Positions 26,743 through 39,239 are shown, counted from the first letter of the whole stretch. The stretch is 59,830 nucleotides of DNA, filler included, from Sphacelaria rigidula (GCA_964200075.2; 6 parts of 6 records of this genome joined end to end with filler, not necessarily neighbours in it), one strand, 5' to 3'. Made by a program: numbers and translations. The notes: a model not told the origin generated them from the sequence alone.

Positions 26743-26941
26743 TGTAATGCGTGAGAGGATCGCGTGCTTGGGGGACCGCATCGTAGTTCGAAACACCTCA
26801 GGATCGACGTTCATCAAAACAAATCGAGCCAGTCCCTGCAGGGACCACGCCCCTGATCCTAACCCTAACCCCAACCCTAACCATAGGGATGTTCAACTAC
26901 CAATGTGGTCCTCTAAGCACGCGGTCCTTCCACGCATCACG
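26743..26941. mobile_element. Second, inverted copy of the TGT.. mini-element
   Basis: Same TIR; exact 5-bp TSD GTCAG / GTCAG; internal CCTAACCCTAACCCCAACCCTAACC. Confidence 0.75.
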
Positions 26942-26989
26942 GTCAGTGCATGTGAAAGAATGAAAGGTGCAAGGGCGGGTGGTTTGTAA

Positions 26990-29200
26990 GCATCGACGCA
27001 GCCCCCCCTGCTTTTTCACTCTTCCTTTTACCTTCAGATTTCGCTTTGTGGTTGAACGACTCGTCTGGCTTGGCCTTGGCTGCAGGTTGGTTGATTTCGT
27101 ACTGTAGCCTCTGCCATAAGTTGATCATATTTTCAGTGTCGCCGCAGTTGTAACGATTGCGAATGGACGACTCTCGCGAAGACGGCTGCTGTTTCTCTTG
27201 CTGTTGGTGTTTGTGGCGCATACCAGCTGCACCTGTTGCAGATTCGCGCCGGCCATGTGCTTCAATGAACTTCCACTGGTCGGCCGCCTAAAATATGTTT
27301 TTGAACACTACCGTCGGGTTCTTGTTTCAGTCGTCAACATACGTTAGTACACTTCTAACATACGCCTTGAATTCCGGGGGTGAAATCCCGTCCACCAAGG
27401 CTATGGAAACCGACTCGGCCGGGCCTAACGACCAACTCCTGTCCTCCGCACGGTACATGGCTTGCACCATCAGGTTCTCTGCAAACCACCGTTTCATACA
27501 GGCTGGGCCAGCCTACAAGCGGATTTGTACTTTGCAGGCGAATTCGCAGTTTTTTTCTTGCAGTTGGAAAGTGAAATTTGGTGTGGACAATCAACAGGGC
27601 AAGAAGAAAAGCTGTCTGTGAGGTCCCGAAGTTTTTTTCTTTTCATGAGTTAAGGGCATTTTACTAAAACTTCAAAATTGATTTTTGCCCTTAACCCATG
27701 AATGAAAAGAAATAAAAACTTCGGGACCTCACAGACAGCTTTTCTTCGTACCCTGTTGATTGTCCATACCAAATTTCACTGTCCAACTCCAAGAAAAAAA
27801 GTGCCAATTTACCTTTGAAAAACCAGGCCGGCGGAAATTCGGACCAGTATTTTCCAGGCCGTTTATCGGCCCATGTTGGGTGTTTGTGGGTTGAACCTTC
27901 GTGCGGGACCTCGCTAGGTCATGATAAACCAAGAAAAGTGGGGGAGGTTGGTTCCATTTCCATTTTTCACTGATTGAGGGCGTTTGAGTATGGTAACAAT
28001 CATTTTTTTACGAGAACGCCCGAACCTCTCATGAAAATAAAAAAAAATGAAGGACCATTTTTTTGTGTTCCTCAGCATATCTCTGTCGTTCTCCATGCCG
28101 AGTGTCAAATCAAAGTTCTAAAAATTGAGCTGAAAAACTGATACGAGACCCAAGAGCAATGTTTGTTTCTCCTCAAAACTCCCCTAAAAACACGAAAAAA
28201 GATGAAAAAAACGAAGAAAAAACGAAAAAGCTGTGTTTTTTATTTCATCATTCACCAGCGGTTCTCCATGCCGAATATTATAGCACAACTCTCAAAACCT
28301 GAGACGCGATATCCAGATTTAGATTATGTAGTGCCTCTGCTCGTAATATACTGATTTCAGTGCGGAAACATATGTGCGCCATATCTCGAGATGGATAACG
28401 AATTAGGTGAAGCTGAGGGTATCTATCGTCTCCCCGTGCGCCAGGGAAGATCCACACCAAAAATCAGCATCATCCTCTTAATCGATCATTCGGGGTTTCA
28501 TATAGATTTTAGTGTGGGCTCTATCTCTGCTAGGTATAGGTATTACTAGACATGAGATTTAGTCAACGAGGAAACATTGGCCCAGATTTTTGAGCAGATA
28601 GGCACCTTCCCCTTGGTTAGACGATTCATACGATATGCGAATCACCGCCCAACTCGTCTGTGTCGTGGAGATATCGCTTGGAGACTTTAAATTCGTTATT
28701 AGGCTGGGCCAGCTCGTACCTGAACTGACCATTATAGCACCGATGCCTGAAATATGTCCCCCCGTTTTGCTTCATCGTAAGTACCCCTACGCAGGTCTGC
28801 TGCAGCCCGCGCGGCGTCATGCTTTCCACCGGTTGTAGTATACCCGGCATGCTGCTTCGCAGCATCAAGCAATCCATCGGGAGTCATAGCCCGACCGTCC
28901 TCGTACATGTCTTCGAAGCAGCGGTGAATGTAGACAGGAACGAGTTGCCCTATGTTTACTCTCTTATGCCGTATAATTTGTCATGAATTTGCTGGACTCC
29001 ACTGCTGTACGTATCCAAGATATCTTGCGAAAAAACGCGTGATGCCTCTTATGTCCAAACTTCTCTATACATACTTTGGCCGCTGAAGTGTCTCACCTAA
29101 CACCAGCAGCGCTGCCGCCGCTTGAGCCATGCCGTCTATGCTTCAAACACTTCACGAAGAGACTCTTGCCTGACTGGTGCGTCCTCCAGCTCACGGAGCG
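26990..29200 (-). mobile_element. Decayed Gypsy-like gag pseudogene interrupted by a MITE
   Basis: Near-continuous frame LDIRGITRFFARYLGY...AKQHAGY...MKRWFAENL...ALVDGISPPEFKAYVR...D*NKNPTVVFKNIF*AADQWKFIEA, then RYNCGDTENMINLW, a CX2CX4HX4C knuckle with C>R, H>N and C>W changes. The frame rejoins across the 27499-28716 insertion. Confidence 0.6.
27499..28716. mobile_element. Tc1/mariner-type MITE with internal hairpin
   Basis: TA|CAGGCTGGGCCAGCCTA ... TAGGCTGGGCCAGCTCG|TA; TA on both sides; splits a gag frame. Confidence 0.75.
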
Positions 29201-29325
29201 CCCCCCTCTGCTGTGCGCTTCAGGTTGGTATCCTCCTGTCTGTGGGCTAAACTGGCTCTAAGCTGCTGCCAGAATTTTCTCCTCAGCAGAAATCTTCTAA
29301 CAGAGTGCCGGAAAAATCATATGTT

Positions 29326-29446
29326 GGAGTCCCTCGTGGATAGTCCTCTTGTCCAGATCGTCTGGCAGAGGCTACAATATCTAATATCTGGATATTGTAG
29401 CCTCTACCAGATGATCTAGACATGAGGACTATCCACGAGGGACTCC
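29326..29446. repeat. 121-nt near-perfect hairpin
   Basis: 56-bp arms with 4 differences and a short loop. Confidence 0.85.
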
Positions 29447-29867
29447 TCCAGTAGCACTGGCTTCGTGCTCGACAAGTCCTTTCTTCTCACTTGTTATTAT
29501 CACGAAGTGATCCTCAACAGACCACATCAAGAGCCAGACAGCAAGGGGCCACACAGATGAGGGTCAGCAATCCAGGATCCCCTGTACCCTGCCACTGCTC
29601 CAATTATGCATGCGATTATACTGAAACCTACGCCTTGGCATAATTTGGCTACAGTACTGGTTTCTGCGAACCTCCAGTGAAAATAGTATGGTAATCACGA
29701 AGAGGGTGAACAAATCATGTTAGGTATCTTTTTGTGAACTCACCCACGTCGTCCACATCCTGAAGCTCTGCGAAGCAAGACGCTTCATTCACACAAAGCG
29801 GTGAACTTACGAGTCATCCTACGATAGGGGGGGCGTACTCATTTGTTGCTTGCCTTAGTCGTTTGAC

Positions 29868-29967
29868 NNNNNNNNNNNNNNNNNNNNNNNNNNNNNNNNN
29901 NNNNNNNNNNNTTAATTAATTAANNNNNNNNNNNNNNNNNNNNNNNNNNNNNNNNNNNNNNNNNNNN
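29868..29967. other. Artificial contig linker
   Basis: Same 100-bp spacer. Confidence 0.97.
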
Positions 29968-30338
29968 CTGTTTCGTTTGGACGCCAGACACGTCATTCCT
30001 GACCAGCCTCATTGGTCGTTCTGGAGGCCCGGTCCCAAAAGGTTAATAAAGAAGCAAACACAAATATCCGGAGTACGAAAATATATGGGGGGAAAGTTGC
30101 TCTAGGGCCAATTTCGTGGGTTCGAGACCCGCGGCGAGCATCTTTTTTTTCCCCCGTTTTTTTCCTTGTTTTTTTGGCGACTCGCTACTCTTTTGCGCCT
30201 TGCTGCGGGCGTTCCGAAGCTGTTTTTTTCTTTTTATTTCGATCTCAGTCAAACGTTATGGAGGGACAACCAAAATCGGGTCCTTGAAAATTACCACTTT
30301 AGATTGAGTACGGCCTCAAAATACTCTACTCAAATTTT

Positions 30339-30878
30339 CAAGGTTATGTTCTGTAGGGTACAGTTTCTGTATAGTATACCCGGGGTATTTTGCCGGGTAC
30401 TTGCCGTACCCGACAGTTCTGTGACTTCTGGAAGACTTCCGTACCGGTGCCTGACAGTTCTGCAAACTCTGTAAGACTTTCATACTCTTACCCGGCAGTT
30501 CTGTAATCTCTGTACGACTCCCGAACCGTTACCGAGGGGCACGAGTCTCTCTTGATAAGATACCCGATTGCGGGTACGGTTTTTTGTGCAACCTCCATAT
30601 CCTACCCGACAGTTTCTGTGAGTTCTGTAATCCTCCCATACCCTTACCCGACATCTTGGTGAGTTCTGCACAGAAGGTTTATCCGTACCCGTAGTGCGGG
30701 TATGCTCTCGAAGGATACCCGATTGCCGGTTCCAGTTTTCTGTAAGCCTCCCATACCCTACCCGAGAAGTTCTGTGACTTCTGTAAGACTTTCATACCGG
30801 TAACCGACGGCTTTGCACTTTCTGCCAGGAATCTCATACCCTACAGAACGTACCCGTACCTTACGGAACACAACCTAG
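30339..30878. mobile_element. hAT-like MITE inserted in a satellite
   Basis: TIR CAAGGTTATGTTCTGTAGGGTAC / GTACCTTACGGAACACAACCTAG; 8-bp flanks CAAATTTT / CAAATTCA; internal repeats of ACCCGACAGTTCTGTGA. Confidence 0.7.
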
Positions 30879-32375
30879 CAAATTCAGAGTAGATCGAGTA
30901 CGACCTCCAATACTCTACTCAAATGTTGAGTGAGTACTCTTGAGTATAGAGTATCACTTGGGTATGGCCTCAATACTCCTCTCATTTTTTGGGAAGATTG
31001 AGTATGGCCTCAAATACTCTACTCAAAGTTTGGGTAGATTGAGTACGACCTCAAATACTCTACTCAAAATTTGAGTACATCGAGTACGACCTCCAATACT
31101 CTACTCAATTTTTGGGTAGATTGAGTACGTCCTCCAATACTCTACCCATATTTCGAGTAGATCGAGTACGATCTCCAATACTCTACTCCGATATTGAGAT
31201 GTGATCCAATCTCGTGGAACGTTTTTGAGAAAAAAAATACGTGTCTCCTTCAGCGTCTGGGTCAAATAAGGAGTGCAGTTGCACTCGTACCGGTCATTTA
31301 AATTCCGTCTTTTTTGTTTGTGCTCGACAGATTGTGAGTGGAGAATTTTGTTCTGTGGTGCTGTCATCATGTGCCTCATGACTCTTTCGTTATCAGCTGT
31401 TTCCCCTTTTCGCTACTTGCAGGCGGGTGAAACGCGTCACACACTCAGTGACATGCCCGGATGCCCGGGGATGGACTTTGCTCAAGACTTCGACTACGAA
31501 TACTTCGATATGATTTTCACGCTTTCCAGTACCCCCGCCAGTCTACACGGTACAATCCGAACGCCCTTCGACAATATCCCAATATTCGTTCTACTCTAGT
31601 TTTTCACCAATTGGTTTAGATCCAAATGCTTTCTCGAATATACTGTATCCAAATGTTGGCTAAAGCTTGATCGGGAATCAGCACTAATCATGGATGGGCA
31701 ACTCTGGAAATACGTCGGTATTTACTCTACCCGAGTTTGAGTATCTTGCGTACAAACTTGAATACTGAAGTTGAAGTTATACTCAAGGTTTTTGGTACAC
31801 CGGGTCCGACCTCAGATACTCTACCCAACTTTCGGGTAGATTGGGTATGACCTCAATACTCTACGCAAGTCTTGAGTAGATTGAGTATGACCTCAAATAC
31901 TCTACTCAAATTTTGAGTAAATCGAGTACGGCCTCAAAATACTCTACTCAAATTTTGAGTAGATTGAGTATGACCTCAAATATTCTACTCAATTTTCGAG
32001 TGGATTGAGTACGGCCTCAAATACTCGACTCATTTTATTCCAGCAGGTCGAGTACGGCCTAAAATAATCTGCTCAAATTTTGGGTAGATGGAGTACGACC
32101 TCAAAATACTCTACTCTATATTTGAGTACATCGAGTACGACCTCCAATACTCTACTCAAATATTGAGTAAGCACTCGAAGTAATACTCGAGTAAAGCGTA
32201 TCACTTGGGGATGACCTCAAAACTCTACTCAATGTTTGGGTAGATTGAGTATGACCTCAAACACTCTACTCAACTTTTGGGTAGATTGAGTACGACCTCA
32301 AATACTTTACTCAAAATTTGAGTACTACAAGTATGACTTTAAAAAAAATTGAGTATTGATCATAAACTCTACTCG
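30879..32375. repeat. About 41-bp palindromic minisatellite (arrays 30879-31200 and 31720-32375; one more unit at about 30300)
   Basis: Tandem GAGTAGATTGAGTAYGACCTCAAATACTCTACTCAAATTTT units with no spacers. Confidence 0.9.
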
Positions 32376-32574
32376 ACCTGCCCTTGAAAAAGTGTATTGA
32401 GATTTCCGAACACGCTTCCCTCTTAGGTGCCACCACACGAAAGTACTGTGCACTGACTGTACTAAAGTCGTGCCTTGATCCAAATTTGGGACCAGATTTT
32501 CCGACTTACTATCAATGAAAAAATACTCGCCAGCCTGTGATTGACGGCCACCCATATAAATGTACTACTGCGTA

Positions 32575-34363
32575 TAGCCTGGTTCAGATTCAATGCCCAA
32601 AACATATTTCCCACTATATGCAGAACACAAAACTGATCCGATAAAACATGTGTAGTATCACAGTTACCCCCACAAGCAAGTGAACAGTGTGACCTATCAA
32701 GATATTTTCTTGCGTCGTTCGCCGTAGCGCTGGTGCTGAAAATGATTATCGGCCAATCATGAGCCTTTAACTTGTTCTGAAACTGAAATTGCAAATTCCC
32801 AACACAATTGTACCCCACCTCGCCATGAACCAAACCGTAGTAACCGCCATCAGCCAGGGAACCTAACGCAAAAAAACATCTTTTAAAAGCGGTTACTATT
32901 GGGTCGAGTTATATAAAAAGCGCCCACATACACAGAGAGGTGTAGACCGACGTCCAGAACAAATGGGGTGGCAACAGAAACAACAAACAACAACGAGCAA
33001 AACAACAACCAAAACGTGGTACTTCGGTGATGTCGGGTTATGGCGACGACGTCGGATTTCCACTGAAAATATGCATCACAACGACCCAGAAAGCCTCTTG
33101 ACGGGTTCCCTTGTTATTGTCGTAAAAGAACTCCGATCCTTAAACTTTCCAGGTTGGTGGATATGATATGGGTGCTCCAAATGGAAAAATAAATCGTCGA
33201 AGAATATTTTAAGTTTATCCGTCCCCAACCGGCTTCGGGGGCCCCAGCGCGCAGACCCCCAGAAGCCGGTAAATATTGACTCAAAATTAAAAAATTTAAG
33301 TTTGATTCGTCCCGAGGTAATCCAAGGAACGCTTGTACAAATTTTGGATGCATAAGTCGAAAAGCTGATCCCAAACGGTCGGCGCAAGCGAAGACGCACA
33401 AGAATAGATCGGGAGCGTTATATAATGAAGTAATTTCGGGGATTGCGTCTACATCTGATCACTTCAACGCACACCCGCATAATTTCTCACACGGGTTGTT
33501 CGAGTTAGGCCGTTCACCAGTCAAGTCCAGAGAAAGGCGGCGATTTTTATTAGATTCGACTGCTTCTTACTGTTCTTCGAAGGAAATTGTTGTTTGGCCA
33601 AAACAAAGACTGTGGCCACCGGGAAACGGGAAGATGTCCTGGAACCGCCTCAACAACTACTGGAGCAAGTCATTCCACGATGTTCAACTTCGCTTAGCTC
33701 TCTTTTGGGGCGTCAAACGACGTAAAAGCTCCAAAAAGGCACTTTTTCCAGATCTTTTATTTTGTGTGCTGCAAGGAGCGGCCTTAGGCCCTGAAATTTT
33801 GCAAACATGTGCTCTGGGACATTTCCAAACTCTGTCAGAAAAAAAAAACTTCATGCAGAGTTTCGTAATATCCCACATCACACGTTGTTGTTGTTGTCTT
33901 CACATTAAAAACCGTTCCGATATCTGCGCGGTACATTCGTACTGGGCATCTGATGCGGACGCCTTCCGTGGTCACAGGCTAGCTACCTATGATAAGGTAT
34001 GGGGGAATCAAACAAAAAGAAGAAAAGAAAATAGACCTAGATTAAAACTCACAAAACGCGACACAAGCAAAACAGGGATAACTAATAAAGAATAAAAAGA
34101 ATACATACGGCTGATCTCAGATGATCCGGTGCCGCAGGTGGCCATTCGGGCTTCGGACACGTGCGCAAAGTTTTAGGGACACACCGCCTCCTGCGACCCC
34201 GAATATCTGAAGAAAAAGATGAATAAACAACACCCTTCATCTCAAGTATCGCAGTATCCTGGAGTACACGTGTGCAAATTTAAATTTTCAGGGCCCAACT
34301 CGAAAAACCCGCGTGAGAAATCGCTGGGGAGTACATTTTGGTCGTGCGCGCTGAATCAGCCTG
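32575..34363. mobile_element. Non-autonomous Tc1/mariner-type element, same family as 3325-4861
   Basis: TA|TAGCCTGGTTCAG ... CTGAATCAGCCTG|TA imperfect TIRs; shared internal blocks such as TTCGGTGATGTCGGGT and TGCTCCAAATGG. Confidence 0.55.
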
Positions 34364-34439
34364 TATGTTGTATATCGTGTTTTTGACATTCTTCTTTTTC
34401 AAGGAGTTTCATGTGCTGGGTATTACGCGTGTCGTTTGA

Positions 34440-37400
34440 CGTGCCCACATCCCTGAATCGATTCGAACATGGTCATGAGAAAATTTCGGATTGCCGTCCT
34501 GTTCAATGACGATCATGTGACACCGCTGTCCGGTTCAGCGATGGTCACGGGAGATTTTGACTCTCAGCGTTCGGTCCAAGAATGATTCTTACATGCGCAT
34601 TGGTTCAGAGTGTGGGAAGCGCTTTTTTTTTTGCAGCGTAACTCTTGTCAGGGAATGTATCTCATCAATTCGACAACTTTGGAAAGCTCGCGATACGTTT
34701 CTCAGCGTTGTGAGTTTCGCATGTGTCGTGGGAAAGTAGAGAGAGTTCGAAAGCGTTGACTTCATGAGATATAGACGCTGACATAACTTATGCTGAAAAG
34801 AAAGCAAACGCGTTTCCAGCACTCTTGACCAGCAAGGACTCTTTTCATGTGAATCTCGTCGAATATCGAATATCGCCATATATCAGGTAAGATACACTGA
34901 AGTGTCAAACGAGATTTTTTGCACAAAAAATTGCCTACCCTTGCGCCCGTCGTGGGGTGCAAAAGTGGGGAACGTTGGCAGTAACGTTTGGCAAAATTTG
35001 ACATATGACGAGATTTACACGAGAAAAATACCTGCTATGATAGTAAAGGCTTCAAGACGTGTGCCGGTTCAGAGATGATCATGTGAGGTTTTGCTTTTAC
35101 ACAACCGGTCATGTTCATTTCAGGGCTTTCACGTGATCGGCGGTGCACATGTCTTTTTCACGTTCCCATGCTCCTCAAAAGGTTCGAAATTGATCATGTA
35201 GTTTTTTCACTGTTTGCCGTTCGGTTCAAAGATGGTCATGCAGAACTCGCGCGCTTCCTGAGATGGTCATGTGAATCTTTCGTCCGCTTGAGAAGTGGTC
35301 ATGTGATATTGTTTTCAATAGAGCCGGTTGTGTGTACTTCGAGCGATCACGCGTGTTTTCGTACCGACTTGGTCGACCATTTCCGACTTTTAAAATATCG
35401 AAACACGGGCTCAACATCCGTTCTCGTAACACGCTCGTTCACGTTCCACACAGTTTTTTTTTTCAGATCTGTAATATTCTAGAGCCACGGCAGTCATGAA
35501 ATGTGCGTCTTTTTGTCGTGATAAACACCGACCTAAAAAATCTCAGTTCGCGACCATTCGGCTTTTTTGTATACACTAGGACTGGACCACAACGGCGAGA
35601 CTATAGGCGTTCACTCTTTTCAGTCAAGCACCAAATGCGTTGGCTTGAAACATTGGGCTTTCTAACGGCATTCAGTTCGAATGGCGCGGGTATACAATGG
35701 CCCACACTTAGTTGTGCTTCTTACTCCAACAGTGAGTGAGTATCAGGATGACAAGCTTGCAAGTCGCACCGTGAGTGTTGAGTTGATTTGAGCACGCGCC
35801 CATCCGCTCGCCACACCTTCCCACCCCAGACACAACAACACCATCCCCAGCTGGCATATGTTTTGATAAAGAGGGGCCACCTGACAAAACGTACCCAGTC
35901 AAGAATGGGGTACTGTACTCGCAGACGTATTGTAAACAACTCAAGGGTTGGCTTTTCTTGAAGATCAAACTCTAATTCTCGAGTCGCCTGTTGGTCGGGT
36001 GGGAACAACTTTATTTTGTCGCCGTACACTCACAGAACTGACTGGATATCCTTTATCAAATATCTGGCGCACGGCACGCTGCACAAGCATTGAAAACATT
36101 ACAACGTAAATGTTTTTGCTCGTGCGCTAGCTTTTGCATTGTGATCGGCACGTATAGACGTCACCGGATTATTTTAGGTGCACTCACGATGTTCACTTGC
36201 TATTGACACGTACATGGCAAAAAACTCGAATGCATGCCACCTTACACGTGATTGGCTGTTTCTGACGTGTCCGCGAATGATCGCATATCTGTTTCACGTG
36301 TTCATGTTCCCGAACCGATTCAAAGGTGGCCATGCAAGGGGCCTTACAGACTGGAATACGTTATACAGGCGCCCGCGCCGCGCTCCACCCCTGTCCCCCA
36401 CCCCGCTGCCGCCCCAGCCAGACTCGCCCCCATCGNNNNNNNNNNGTCTTGTTCTCCCCCACACGGCTCAACGGTGTCCAGTAAAGGGGCTGTATACCCT
36501 TAAAATTGATTAACCCCCCCCCCCCCCCCCCCCCTCCCTCAGAGGCGGTCGACAATGAGGAAAATCGAAAAATGGTGTAAAAAAAAAACTTTTTTTCCCT
36601 GATTCTTCGCCAGAATACGGAATTAAACGGCACCTTAATCTCCACGATTCTAGCCTGTACCGGAGCAGCCCAAAACTGAGGAGTTTGGATATATTAGTTG
36701 TTCTAGCGGCCGCAGGGAAGATAACTTGGCCGTTGGATGATGACTTTTCAGTCAAGGTGACCGCTGGAAAATGACTTTGGGGTAGGTGTTATAGTATTGA
36801 GACCGCAATGCTGGACAGGGCCGCGTACTTAAGATGTGAACCCAATGGCGTTATGTTCGTCCATCAAGGAGAGTGTACCACGAGTTGTACGTTTTGCTGA
36901 GTAACGCCTGAGGTCTGGATTACTACTGTGACTTGACTGTATCATTCCAGCCGGCATAAGAATGTCCTGACAGTCCTCCTATGGTATCAACCAATTAGTT
37001 GTAGATGATTCAAGGATCATTACCTGGTGCCCGCGTAGGCAGTGCCCGCGTTTGGACAGCTGTGTCGAGGAGCAATCTCTAAAGGTTGGCATACTGCACG
37101 CCAGCACAGGGAGAAGCGACAAATGAGAATCTCGTGAAAATGGTGTCGCTAAAGGAAGTATTCAACAAGTCACAGTTCTGTATTCTTTACTCATGCCGGC
37201 ATAATCTATTCCAACAAATGCGTATCTTACAACAACCGCGGCTACGTTTCCAGAACTTTCGACAGATTCATGTGTCGTGCCCCATGCTGTCGAGTCGATT
37301 ATTAAGAGAGGATGCTGTTTCCACGAATAATAATAGTCTTGAACGTAACATAAACAATCCTACCACCTACCGTGCAACCGTAGCACACACAACTTGTACA

Positions 37401-39050
37401 CAAGCCTGACACAAGCCGGGAAACGCCGTTCATGCACGCACTGCACAGTACAGTACCTATTATCGTCACGATCCATCTGATCAGGGGGTTACCCACCCCT
37501 CCTGAAGGGGGTACCCCCTACTCTCCCCGGCCGCCAAGAGTGGGTTTTTCGGGAGTCGGGGGCGGTGTATAACGTATTCCAGTCTGTAAAGCCCCTTGGG
37601 TCATGCGATGCTTTTGCCCGGTCCAGAGGTTTCTTGAGCGAGCGTTTCAGTTTTGCTTTTGTTGGGTATGCCTATCATGCGACCACGGCTGGACCCATGG
37701 ATGGTCAGTTAAAGTGCGACAATCAATCAATCAATCAATCATATAGGCGCGTGAGATTTTCGCTCTGGCCGACCGGTTCACAGGTGGTCATATGAGAGCT
37801 TGCCCCGCACGTGAAAAGCCTTGGTTTATTTCGGGCGATCATGTCTGCCACCGTACCGATGGGGTAAGCTATTTGAAACTTACGGAATATCGAAATACAG
37901 TACCTCCTTATCTTCCGCTCTCGGAACACTCTCTCACGTGCCGTAACAACAGCCCTCGGTTCAGACCAATCTCCTCGAGTCGCACCGTTCTCAACGAGTG
38001 CCTCTCGGTATCCGTGAGAAACAACGACGACCTAGAGAACACCGCTCGTAGCCTTGGGTATTCATGTACTGTCGGATCACAATTCTGAGGCCACATGCAT
38101 ACGCGCAGTCACCCTCTCTGGCCAACCACCAAGCACGTCGTTCCTTGAAATTGGGGGTTTTCACGCTATGTCGTTCAAATGGCTTGAGCGCATCGCAGAC
38201 CTCACTTAGTTTCTGTACTTTTTATTTAACACTGGTTGCCGGAACAGTAACTGTACAGGTCTCACTGTGGGAAGTGTTCAGTTGATTTAAGGGCATGCCC
38301 ACCCGCCCCGCCTTACCCTGCCACTTCAGACACAACAACGTCATCCCTAGCCAATATATGTTTGACTCAGGAACTACCTGAAAAAAGTAGCCAACCAGTC
38401 AAGAACGGGGTACTCGTAGATGAAGACGACTCAGGTGGTGGTGTTTCTTTAACGTCCAACGTCGACATTCGAGTCTTCTAATATCGTAGGAAAGCAACGA
38501 CCTTACTCTTGTATGTAGTTACAAAATGTTAGGACGGCGGGATATCGTCTGTTTTCAACGTTTGTGGTGAGATGAATAAGTGCTTGACTTGTGCACGCGA
38601 CAGGCGTGATCGTACTCGGGCACAAGCTTTTCCCTAGTCATCGGCACATTTACAGATGGTCCGATCATTTTTAGGCACTTTCAAAGCGTGCGTAGTTGGT
38701 ATATTATTGCTATGCGCATGCAAGGGAAACAGAATTATTCAACTTGACGCATGATGAACTGTTTTTTCGTGTCCGGGATTCCCTCGTGTCTAGTGTCCGT
38801 GGTTTTGAAGTAGTCCAAAGATGGTCATGTGAGATTTTTATTTTTGCCATCCGAATCGAAGATGGTCGTGTGAGACTTGTGCCCAGCTCCATGCTAGTAA
38901 TGTGAGAGTATCACTTTTGCCGTCGGGTTCAAAGATGGCCATGTGAGACTTGTGACCGGTGCAGAGATTGTCATGCGACATTTGTACTTTCGTCGTCTGA
39001 ATCAGAGATGGCTGTGTGAGAGCTTGCCCTGCATGAGAAAAGCCGTGATT
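34440..39050. repeat. Degenerate ATGGTCATGTGAGA repeat patches plus an old direct duplication of about 1 kb
   Basis: Motif CGGTTCA(A)AGATGGTCATGTGA recurs at 34.4-35.35, 37.75-37.85 and 38.8-39.05 kb; 35620-36330 aligns with 38125-38800. Confidence 0.65.
37631..37741 (+). mobile_element. Non-LTR retroposon 3' end with (CAAT)n tail
   Basis: Same 3' sequence and tail. Confidence 0.7.
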
Positions 39051-39239
39051 CTGTAAAAACGAACTGGCCAGCGAACCGGAACCTCATGAAGCCAAGACCT
39101 TTCGTAAATGTCAACGTGAGGCAACGACTTTTTAACGGGAAGAACAAAACAAAGATCAGGAGCACGTGAAACCGAATGGAAGGAAAAACACCCCGAGCGA
39201 GGGATCCCAACCTTCAACTTTTCCCTCAGGTGAAAACCC

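Noticed and set aside
25790..27287. Host-gene exons at 25790-25918 and 27032-27287 (minus strand)
   Set aside because: Splice-like signals exist, but 27032-27287 is in frame with a stop-riddled gag and includes a decayed zinc knuckle. The phases do not join, and 25790-25918 has no independent support.
30096..30150. tRNA gene
   Set aside because: Only a T-arm-like hairpin is present; there is no D-arm or anticodon arm.
30879..32375. CRISPR array
   Set aside because: The palindromic ~41-bp units are directly tandem with no unique spacers, there are no cas genes, and the context is eukaryotic.
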